Part shown: positions 24,513 to 31,446 of the stretch, in pieces
How the letters are laid out: the number at the start of each line of letters is the position of its first letter
How positions within the stretch are numbered: position 1 is the first letter of the stretch
Notes under the pieces: model-generated
Databases searched by the model: none
Seen by the model: only the letters and a program-made list of their open reading frames with translations
What the model was told of the DNA's origin: nothing
NCBI GenBank assembly: GCA_965117015.1
Contig: OZ220747.1
Location: forward strand, 2,708,247 to 2,772,246
DNA from: Acidimicrobiales bacterium
GTDB taxonomy: Bacteria > Actinomycetota > Acidimicrobiia > Acidimicrobiales > Aldehydirespiratoraceae
DNA: 64,000 nucleotides
Direction of reading: 5' to 3'
Made by a program: the position numbers and the translations under genes

Positions 24513-25082
24513 TTAGCTGTGGCGTCGAGCGACCAGGGCTGTTCCGCCGAGCAGGGCCACGGCCGCGAGGGTGGCAGCCAGCGGGACGGCCACGCTGTTG
24601 CCGTCGGATCCGGCGGTGCCGCCGAAGCCGGTCTCGGCGGCACCTTCGGGCGCCATGTCGTCGCCCATGTCGTCCATCGGCTCGCCGATCTTCACGAGGG
24701 CGAGGGCAGCGGCCGAGGGTTCCGCGGTGAACACCAGTATCACGAGCCCTTCGGCCGGAACGCTGACGGTCCTCGATGTCGAGAATGACCCTCCTGGAGC
24801 TGAGACGGCTGCACCCATGTCACTAATGAGGTCGGGGCAGCTCGCGAGCGTCGTCGCTTGATCCAGGGCGGCAGGTATGACGCCTCCGAAGCCAGGGCAT
24901 GCTGTGATTGAGGGGTCGGCTTGCCAGCCGCTGCCGGAGATCGTCACCGTGTGGTCGCCCGCCGCGCTGACGTACTCCGGATCTACCGAAGCGGACGGCT
25001 CGCCCTGTGCAGATGCCTGGCTTGCCAGCACAAACAGGGCCAACACACTCACCACAGCCGTTAGCGCCATGATTCTCTTCAT
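24513..25082 (-). CDS. sortase-substrate-like cell-surface protein, paralogue 2
   Basis: Nearly identical signal peptide and C-terminal block (DDMGDDMAPEGAAETGFGGTAGSDGNSVAVPLAATLAAV...RRHS). The central domain has diverged. Confidence 0.8.
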   Translation of the reverse strand: MKRIMALTAVVSVLALFVLASQASAQGEPSASVDPEYVSAAGDHTVTISGSGWQADPSITACPGFGGVIPAALDQATTLASCPDLISDMGAAVSAPGGSFSTSRTVSVPAEGLVILVFTAEPSAAALALVKIGEPMDDMGDDMAPEGAAETGFGGTAGSDGNSVAVPLAATLAAVALLGGTALVARRHS

Positions 25083-25226
25083 CTGATCTGTTCCTTTCGA
25101 GGGTTGAAGCAGCCTTGTTAGTGCCGCTTGCGAGCCCGCGCCGCATGCGCAATCGGCGCACGCAACCGCAAGTCCGGGGGAGTATACCCATGCTCGGTCA
25201 GCGGGTGATTGAGTGTTCCTTGACGC

Positions 25227-25304
25227 GGCTGCGGCAGCGACACGAATGCCGCTGCCGCAGTCGTCAGTTGGTTGCTCGGGGATGGGCGCTCGTTATGAAC
25301 TCCC
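25227..25304 (-). pseudogene. second remnant of the sortase gene 5' end (ATG mutated to ATA) downstream of surface-protein paralogue 3
   Basis: cgttatgaactccc aligns with cgccatgaactccc at the sortase start. The hairpin CTGCGGCAGCG/CGCTGCCGCAG is retained at 25229-25260 with a different loop. Confidence 0.65.
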
Positions 25305-25325
25305 TACCAGAGAGCGGTTGATCTG

Positions 25326-26234
25326 TCAGGCGTTACGCCGGGTGATGATCACAGCCCCGCCCAGTAGGACTACCGCCGCCAGCGTTGCGGCTAGCGGGAC
25401 GGCGATGCTGTTGCCGTCGGAGCCGGCGCTGCCGCCGAAGCCCGTGGCTGCGGGGCCCTCGGGAACCATGTCGTCGCCCATGTCGTCGGCCATGTCGTCG
25501 GCCATGTCGTCGCCCATGTCATCAGCCATGTCATCAGCCATGTCATCAGCCATGTCGTCGCCCATGTCGTCGCCCATGTCGTCGTCGGCCATGTCGTCGT
25601 CGGCCATGTCATCAGCCATGTCGTCGTCGGCCATGTCCTCTTCCTCGGCAGGGGCCTCCTCTTCAGCCGGGGCTTCCTCCTCGGCAGGGGCCTCCTCTTC
25701 AGCCGGGGCTTCCTCCTCGGCAGGGGCCTCCTCTTCAGCCGGGGCTTCCTCCTCGGCCGGGGCCTCCTCTTCCGCGGGCTCTTCCTCGGCTGGGGCCTCC
25801 TCTTCCGCGGGCTCTTCCTCTTCGACCATCGGCTCTCCGACCTTGATGACGACAGTGGCGCCGGCCGGCGGGCTTGAAGTGAACACGAGGAGCACGAGGC
25901 CTTCAGCTGGAACGTCCACGGTCACGGATTGCGTGAAGGACCCGCCGCTAATCGTTGCAGTCACGGGAGGAGCGAACACGTCCGGTGCACAGTTCGCGAT
26001 GACAGCTCCCTGATCGGGGTCTTCAGGCGCTACGCCGCGCCAGCCAGGGCACTTCGCGATTCCGGGGTTCGCCCCCCAGCCTGAGCCTGACACGGTGACC
26101 GTATGACTGCCGGCCGAGCTGACGTACTCCGGGTCGACTGTTGCCGTCGGCTCGCCCTGGGCGCCTGCCTGGGTCGTCAGCGCGAATAGGGCCAACAGAC
26201 TCACTGCGGCTGTCAGTGCCATGATCTTCTTCAT
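25326..26234 (-). CDS. sortase-substrate-like cell-surface protein, paralogue 3, with expanded acidic repeats
   Basis: Start taken at MKKIMALTAAV (26234), preceded by AAAGGA. Same domain and C-terminal signal (PEGPAATGFGGSAGSDGNS...TRRNA), plus long (EEAPAEE)n and (DDM[AG])n tracts. Confidence 0.8.
   Translation of the reverse strand: MKKIMALTAAVSLLALFALTTQAGAQGEPTATVDPEYVSSAGSHTVTVSGSGWGANPGIAKCPGWRGVAPEDPDQGAVIANCAPDVFAPPVTATISGGSFTQSVTVDVPAEGLVLLVFTSSPPAGATVVIKVGEPMVEEEEPAEEEAPAEEEPAEEEAPAEEEAPAEEEAPAEEEAPAEEEAPAEEEAPAEEEAPAEEEDMADDDMADDMADDDMADDDMGDDMGDDMADDMADDMADDMGDDMADDMADDMGDDMVPEGPAATGFGGSAGSDGNSIAVPLAATLAAVVLLGGAVIITRRNA
25467..25634 (-). repeat. 12/15-nt coding microsatellite-like repeat (CATGTCRTCRSC)n encoding (DDM[AG])n
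   Basis: Reading the plus strand directly shows about 13 consecutive catgtc-initiated units. Confidence 0.9.
25635..25826 (-). repeat. 36-nt (three perfect copies) plus 33-nt (x2) coding tandem repeats encoding (EEAPAEE)n
   Basis: The unit cctcggcaggggcctcctcttcagccggggcttcct is repeated exactly from about 25643. Variant units follow. Confidence 0.9.
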
Positions 26235-26347
26235 CTGGTCTGTCCTTTCATGGAGCCAGCAGTGTTGTGCTAGCACGCGTCACTCGCGGGGAGGATACAC
26301 ATCGGATTGGGGCCGGGTCCACCAGAACGACCGGGGCCGGGACGCGA

Positions 26348-26907
26348 CGGAGCCCCGAGTAGCCTCCCGGCTTGCGCCGCTTAACTTCTCGGGGCTCCGA
26401 TTGCGCCTATCCACCGACCGCCCAATCCCGTCGGATTCTGCGGTACTCCGGGACACTTCCCCGTATCCGGTTCAGTGCCCTGACCCCCGCCTCGGACGAC
26501 TCCGTGGCGTTGGCCTGAATCACCCGGCGGTACCCGTCGGCACCTCCGAAGACTCCGGTTCTCCCCGTTCCCCGTCGGGATCGGACTCGACCCGGTGCCT
26601 CGGCGACACCCTCACCTTGAGGCGGATTCCGGTGACTCCCTCGCTCACCCGGCGGTGTGCTCGGTTGTCGCCGGGCCTCCCGGCGAGGTGACCCTCCTCC
26701 GACCTTGCTGTCACCCTCCCCCGTCGGGGATTCCTACCGCTAGCTCGGAGGAGAACCTCCGTGTCCCCGGCTGACCCACCGGCTCCTGCGAACCGGTCTG
26801 GCTGGCTGGGTGTCCTCTGCGGACCGCTCCATCGACTCCGCTCCGCTGCTTCGGGCCGAGGCCCTTGGCTGCTGATCCGGTGTCTCCGTCGCTGCTCACT
26901 TCGGACG
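26348..26907 (-). ncRNA. candidate structured non-coding RNA or long leader (family unknown)
   Basis: No protein-like frame and no codon-position GC bias in this region. A promoter lies at 26914-26942. Four hairpins share a C(GACG)G loop on the minus strand: 26424-26437, 26529-26544, 26569-26580 and 26717-26730. There is also a CGGAGG-UUCU-CCUCCG hairpin (26746-26761). A terminal 12-bp stem (26348-26359 / 26388-26399) has a loop that can form GNRA-capped (GCAA or GGGA) mini-helices only on the minus strand. The ends are estimates. Confidence 0.45.
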
Positions 26908-26913
26908 CTGGGC

Positions 26914-26942
26914 ATCTTGGGGGGTCCGCTCCGGGTTGTCAA
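26914..26942 (-). promoter_or_regulatory. putative sigma-70-type promoter TTGACA-N17-CAAGAT
   Basis: Minus-strand TTGACA at 26942-26937, a 17-nt spacer, then CAAGAT at 26919-26914. It sits at the edge of a locally AT-richer patch. Confidence 0.45.
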
Positions 26943-26952
26943 CCCTAAAACG

Positions 26953-26994
26953 CGAAATCCCCATCGAAATCCCGAGCATTTTCGAGAAATCCCC
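26953..26994 (-). promoter_or_regulatory. three direct repeats of GGGATTTC (plus strand GAAATCCC) just upstream of the -35; candidate transcription-factor boxes
   Basis: GAAATCCC starts at 26954, 26966 and 26986 (spacing 12 and 20 nt), immediately upstream of the TTGACA in the direction of transcription. Confidence 0.5.
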
Positions 26995-27062
26995 AAGCGG
27001 CGCCCAGTTATGCACAGAGCGGTCACAGTCTGGTGTCGATTCGGGGGCTCCGAACGGCCCGA

Positions 27063-27824
27063 TCAGGCCTCCCAGTGGCCCCGCTCGACCATCACCCGGC
27101 GCAATACCGAGGGCCGGTCGGTCATGATGCCGTCCACCCCCATGTCGAGGAGGCGGTTCATCTCAGCCGGCTCGTCGATGGTCCAGACATGGACCGCGAC
27201 GCCGTGGCGATGGGCCGCGGCCAGCATCGCGGGCCGCACCAGCGTCAGGCCCTTGGCCCGCACCGGCACCTGGGCGGCGTGGAAGTCGAAGGACGCCGGC
27301 ACCCCTAGCCGGGCCGAGGCGGCCAGCAGGCGGGTGATGCCGCGGGGTCCGGCGCCGACGCACAGTGTTGCCCCGATCCGGTCGCGCACCTGCCGGGTGC
27401 GCCGGTCCGAGAAGGAGCACACGCACACCCGCTCGACTGCGCCGGTTCGCCGGAGCACCTCCACCAGGGGCCCGACCGCGGCGTCGCTCTTGGGATCGAT
27501 GTTGATCCTGGTGTCCGGCAGCTCCTCCAGGAGTTCGTCGAGCAGCATGATCGGGTCGGTGCCGGCCACCCGGGCTTCCCGGACCCGGCTCCAGGGGAGG
27601 TCGCCCACGACGCCGCTGCCGTCGGTGACCCGGTCCAGGGAGTCGTCGTGGAAGGCCACCGCGACGCCGTCGGCGGTGGCGTGGACGTCGGTCTCCACAT
27701 GGGTGTAGCCCAGGTCCACGGCATGGCGGAAGGCCCGCAGCGTGTTCTCGGGGAACTCTTCGGCCCCGCCCCGGTGAGCGAAGGCGATGGGCCCGTCCAC
27801 GTCCAGGTACGGGTGGCGCGCCAT
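27063..27824 (-). CDS. glycerophosphodiester phosphodiesterase family protein
   Basis: FAHRGG, EFPENTLRAF and VETDVHATADG motifs. Start taken at MARHPYLD (27824); the tracked ORF extends to 27863. Confidence 0.85.
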   Translation of the reverse strand: MARHPYLDVDGPIAFAHRGGAEEFPENTLRAFRHAVDLGYTHVETDVHATADGVAVAFHDDSLDRVTDGSGVVGDLPWSRVREARVAGTDPIMLLDELLEELPDTRINIDPKSDAAVGPLVEVLRRTGAVERVCVCSFSDRRTRQVRDRIGATLCVGAGPRGITRLLAASARLGVPASFDFHAAQVPVRAKGLTLVRPAMLAAAHRHGVAVHVWTIDEPAEMNRLLDMGVDGIMTDRPSVLRRVMVERGHWEA

Positions 27825-27903
27825 GGCTGCACCGTAGTGGGTGCAATAGGTGCAGGTGGCCACTTATCCACAGGTGTCCACCGCCGGCGATAGCGTTGTG
27901 GAC

Positions 27904-29337
27904 ATGCAGCGCCGCACGAAGATCGTCGCCACCATCGGTCCGGCCAGCGAGGACGAGTCCACGCTGCGGGACCTGATGGCCGCCGGAATGGACGTGGCCC
28001 GCATCGGGCTGGCCCACGGAACCCTCGACGAGGCCATCGAGCGCTACCAGCGCATCCGCCGGGTCGCCGAGCAGGAGAGCCGGCCGGTGGGGATCCTGGT
28101 GGACCTTCCCGGACCCAAGGTACGGGCCGCCAGCTTCGGCGAGGATCCCGTGCGGTTCCACTCCGACAGCACCGTCGAGTTGGTGGTCGGCAATGACCGC
28201 TCGACCGACAGCGTGGTGGAGGTGGACTACGAGGGCCTGATGGACGACGTGCTGGTCGGGGACACGCTCGACGTCGGCGACGGGCGGGTCGTGCTCGACG
28301 TCATCGACAAGGGCGGCGACCGTCTCAAGGTCCGCGTCATCCACGGCGGCGTCCTGTCGGGCTGCCCCGGCGTGCACATCCCCGCCGACCGGCTGCGAAT
28401 GTCCACCCCGACCCCCAGCGACTTCGTGGCCCTCGACGCCTTCATCGAGCTCGGCGTGGACATGGTGGCCATATCGTTCGTGCGCTCCGCCCACGACATC
28501 CGGCGGGTCGGCACCGAGCCCCATCCCCGGGGCCCGCTGGTGATCGCCAAGATCGAGACCCGGGCGGCGGTGCAGAACCTGGCCGGCATCATCGACACCG
28601 CCGGGGCGATCATGGTGGCCCGCGGCGACCTCGGCAGCGAGTGCAGCATCGAAGAGCTGCCGCACCTCCAGAAGCAGATCATCCAGCAGTGCATCGCCGG
28701 CGGCCGCCCGGTCATCACCGCCACCCAGATGCTCGAGTCGATGGTGTCGCGCCCGTCGCCCACCCGGGCCGAGGCCAGCGACGTGGCCAACGCCGTGTTC
28801 GACGGATCCTCGGCGCTGATGCTCTCGGGCGAGACCGCCGTCGGGACCGACCCTGCGAACGTGGTCCGCACCATGGGCCGCATCGCCCAGCGGGCCGACG
28901 AGGAGTTCGACTACGAGCTGTGGGCCGAGCGCCTCGCCGAGCTGCGCATGACCGACGACTCCACCCACGACGCCGCATCGATCACCGACGCCATGACCAT
29001 GGCGGCCTGGCGGGCCGCCGACGGGCTGGGGATCTCCACCATCCTGGCCATCTCCGGCACCGGCTTCACCGTGCGGTCCATGGCCCGGTTCCGGCCCCAT
29101 GCGCGGATCATCGGCCTGTCCCACAACGCCAGGACCGTGCAGCAGCTCACCCTGAGCTGGGGCACTACGCCGGTGCTGGTGAAGGACCTGGGCTCCAACG
29201 AGGAGATGGTCCGCCAGGCGGTGGCGTTGGCCCGCGACCGGGACTTCGCCCGCTCCGGCGAGATCGTCGGGATCCTGGCCGGAGCGGACAACCGGTCGCG
29301 CAGCGCCAACGTGCTCCGCCTGGAGCGCGTCCCCTAG
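27904..29337 (+). CDS. pyk: pyruvate kinase
   Basis: MQRRTKIVATIGPAS start, IAKIETRAAV, MVARGDLG and TQMLESM motifs. Confidence 0.95.
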   Translation: MQRRTKIVATIGPASEDESTLRDLMAAGMDVARIGLAHGTLDEAIERYQRIRRVAEQESRPVGILVDLPGPKVRAASFGEDPVRFHSDSTVELVVGNDRSTDSVVEVDYEGLMDDVLVGDTLDVGDGRVVLDVIDKGGDRLKVRVIHGGVLSGCPGVHIPADRLRMSTPTPSDFVALDAFIELGVDMVAISFVRSAHDIRRVGTEPHPRGPLVIAKIETRAAVQNLAGIIDTAGAIMVARGDLGSECSIEELPHLQKQIIQQCIAGGRPVITATQMLESMVSRPSPTRAEASDVANAVFDGSSALMLSGETAVGTDPANVVRTMGRIAQRADEEFDYELWAERLAELRMTDDSTHDAASITDAMTMAAWRAADGLGISTILAISGTGFTVRSMARFRPHARIIGLSHNARTVQQLTLSWGTTPVLVKDLGSNEEMVRQAVALARDRDFARSGEIVGILAGADNRSRSANVLRLERVP

Positions 29338-29364
29338 CGGATCCGCGGCTCAGCAGTTCGAGCC

Positions 29365-30603
29365 ATGGCCATCGATTTCACGCTGTCGCCCGAGGTGGAG
29401 GAGCTGCGGCGGAGGGTCCGCGCCTTCGTGGAGGAGGTCATCGCTCCGGTAGCCGACCGGATCGAGGGAAGCGACGGCGGCGAGGGTCTAGCCGGCGCCG
29501 AGCGCGTCTCGGCCCTGATCGGCCTGCGCAAACAGGCCCGAGCGGCCGGGATCTGGCTGCCCCACATGCCCCCGGAGTGGGGCGGGATGGGCCTGGGGCA
29601 TGTCGAGTTGGCCATGGTTCAGGCCGAGGCGGCCAAGTCCTACTACGGGCCGTGGGTGTTCAACTGCCAGGCGCCCGACGAGGGCAACATGCACACCCTG
29701 CTGCACTGGGCCACCCCCGAGCAGGCCGAGCGATACCTCAGGCCGCTGTGCGACGGGACGGCGCGGTCGTGCTTCGCCATGACCGAGCCCGAGGTCGCCG
29801 GCTCCGATCCCACGTTGATACAGACCCGTGCGTACACCGACGGCGACGAGTGGGTGATCAACGGCCGCAAGTGGTTCATCTCGCAGGCCCACCGGGCCGA
29901 CTTCGCCATCCTCATCTGCCGCACCGAGGACAACCCCGACATCCCGCAGGCGGCCAACACCGCGTTCATAGTCGACCTTCCCCATGACGGCTGGAACGAG
30001 GTCCGCGAGATCGAGACCATGCACGGCAGCACCGGCCATTCCGAGATCCTCATCGAGGACCTCCGGGTCCACGACGACCAGCGGCTCGGCGGCCGGGGAC
30101 AGGGCCACCTGCTCGGCCAGTACCGGCTCGGACCGGCACGCCTAGCCCACTGTATGCGGTGGATCGCCCAGGCAGAGACCGCTCTCGACATGATGGTGGA
30201 CCGCGCCCTGAACCGCTTCTCGCACGGTTCGCTCCTGGCTGAGAAGCAGGGAATCCAGTGGATGATCGCCGACTCCGCGATGGAGGTCTACCAGTCCAAG
30301 CTCATGGTCCTCCACGCGGCCTACAAGATCGACCGCGGCGAGGACTTCAAGTCCGAGGTGTCAATGGCGAAGCACTTCGTGGCCAACACCCTCAACCGTG
30401 TGATCGACCGTTCGATCCAGGTGCACGGCGCGCTCGGCTACTCGACGGACACCCCGCTCGCCCACATGTACCAGCACGCCCGCTGGGCCCGCTTCGCTGA
30501 CGGTGCCGACGAGATACACCAGATGCGGATCGCGCAGCGCACGATCGCGGCGTTCAGCGACACCGGATCCACCTGTCGTGCCACGGGTGACCTTCCCATC
30601 TGA
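29365..30603 (+). CDS. acyl-CoA dehydrogenase family protein
   Basis: 412 aa. FAMTEPEVAGSD motif and the C-terminal helical domain pattern. Confidence 0.85.
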   Translation: MAIDFTLSPEVEELRRRVRAFVEEVIAPVADRIEGSDGGEGLAGAERVSALIGLRKQARAAGIWLPHMPPEWGGMGLGHVELAMVQAEAAKSYYGPWVFNCQAPDEGNMHTLLHWATPEQAERYLRPLCDGTARSCFAMTEPEVAGSDPTLIQTRAYTDGDEWVINGRKWFISQAHRADFAILICRTEDNPDIPQAANTAFIVDLPHDGWNEVREIETMHGSTGHSEILIEDLRVHDDQRLGGRGQGHLLGQYRLGPARLAHCMRWIAQAETALDMMVDRALNRFSHGSLLAEKQGIQWMIADSAMEVYQSKLMVLHAAYKIDRGEDFKSEVSMAKHFVANTLNRVIDRSIQVHGALGYSTDTPLAHMYQHARWARFADGADEIHQMRIAQRTIAAFSDTGSTCRATGDLPI

Positions 30604-30636
30604 GGCACCGGGAGGGGCCGCTACGTCGGGCCCAGG

Positions 30637-30897
30637 TCAGGCGCAGTTGGGGTTGGCGTCGGCAGGGACGGCGACCTCCTGGCCGTACAGCTTGCACGAG
30701 CAGGTCTCCACGCAGTCCTGCAGATCAGCGCGTTGCAGCCACAGGCTTGCAGCCAGCGCGCCGATGAGCACCACCAGCACGAGTCGCAGCAGCAGCCTGC
30801 GCACGACTCGCACCACCAGCGCGGCAAGAACCCCCAGGGCGACGATCGCGCCGAGAAGGATTGCTTGCAGAGACTCGGCGTCGACCCACTCACCCAT
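30637..30897 (-). CDS. small membrane protein with a Cys-rich C-terminal tail (hypothetical)
   Basis: Internal ATG gives 86 aa: two hydrophobic helices, then DCVETCSCKLYG...NPNCA. The longer tracked ORF would overlap the divergent DUF3151-like gene. Confidence 0.4.
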   Translation of the reverse strand: MGEWVDAESLQAILLGAIVALGVLAALVVRVVRRLLLRLVLVVLIGALAASLWLQRADLQDCVETCSCKLYGQEVAVPADANPNCA

Positions 30898-30932
30898 CAC
30901 TGTCGCGCAGGGTAGTTGTAGCCTCGGCGGCG

Positions 30933-31424
30933 ATGAGTGACGCCGGTGTTCCCCTCCTGCGGCACGGTCCGCCCGAGACCGTTCTGCCCCCCGAGCCCGA
31001 CGAGGTTCGGGCCGCGCTGGCTGCGGCCGCCGCGAGTGACGATCCGGTGGCCGCAATAGGCGCGGTCTGCGAGCGCCGGCCGGTCAGCCTGGAGGCCTGG
31101 GCCTCGCTCGGCGAGACCATGGAGTCGACGGACGCGCCACTGGCCCTGGCCTACGCCGCGTTCCGCACTGGGTACCACCGCGGCCTGGACCGGCTGAGAG
31201 CCAGCGGCTGGCGCGGCTCCGGCTACGTGCGCTGGAAGTATCCGTCGAACCGCGGGTTCCTGCGCGCCCTCAGCGGGCTGCAGCGCGTCGCCGGGCGGAT
31301 CGGAGAGACCGACGAGGCCGAGCGGTGCGCTCTGTTCCTGGTGCAGCTCGACCCTGACTGGCCGCCCCCAGAGGCCGAGCGGGTGGGCGGGAATGACCCA
31401 GACAGCCCGGGGCCGCGTGGATAG
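30933..31424 (+). CDS. conserved actinobacterial protein (DUF3151-like)
   Basis: Start at MSDAGVPLL. Pattern HRGLDRLRASGWRGSGYVRW...NRGFLRAL...CALFLVQLDPDWP, recalled from DUF3151-family proteins. Confidence 0.6.
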   Translation: MSDAGVPLLRHGPPETVLPPEPDEVRAALAAAAASDDPVAAIGAVCERRPVSLEAWASLGETMESTDAPLALAYAAFRTGYHRGLDRLRASGWRGSGYVRWKYPSNRGFLRALSGLQRVAGRIGETDEAERCALFLVQLDPDWPPPEAERVGGNDPDSPGPRG

Positions 31425-31446
31425 GTCGGCGCCGTCCCTGCGCTGC

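Noticed and set aside
24320-24643. 107-aa minus-strand ORF spanning the end of paralogue 2 and the sortase remnant
   Set aside because: It is out of frame with both the surface-protein gene and the sortase-like remnant, and its composition is Pro/Arg/Ala-rich. The remnant lacks a start codon.
25380-25830. The regular short repeats could be mistaken for a CRISPR-like array
   Set aside because: The units are 12-36 nt, contiguous with no unique spacers, and lie in frame inside a coding gene, where they encode DDM[AG] and EEAPAEE repeats.
26282-27062. Whether the non-coding region is a known housekeeping RNA (RNase P, tmRNA, SRP/4.5S, 6S), a cobalamin riboswitch or a group II intron
   Set aside because: No GAGGAAAGUCC or ACAGAACCCGGCUUA (RNase P). 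No tRNA-like 3' end with a UUCGA T-loop (tmRNA). No B12 box. No GUGCG start or domain V. A short AGCAGCCAAGG match to the SRP RNA helix 8 region lacks the flanking GGAAGGAAGCAGC/GNRA context. By-eye inspection only; cmsearch would be decisive.
26221-27708. ORFs 26221..26691 (+), 26520..27026 (-) and 26761..27708 (+) inside or around the ORF-free region
   Set aside because: Translations are Arg/Ser/Pro-rich with no hydrophobic core pattern, no RBS and no third-position GC bias. 26761..27708 is largely antisense to the GDPD gene. I treat the region as non-coding.
27163-29124. 653-aa minus-strand ORF
   Set aside because: Antisense to pyruvate kinase and GDPD, with shadow-ORF composition. The same reasoning applies to 57808..59373 (antisense to dop), 61241..62713 (antisense to pafA), 42273..43502 (antisense to dacB), 48957..50525 (antisense to arc), 12356..13405 and similar long Arg/Gly-rich ORFs.
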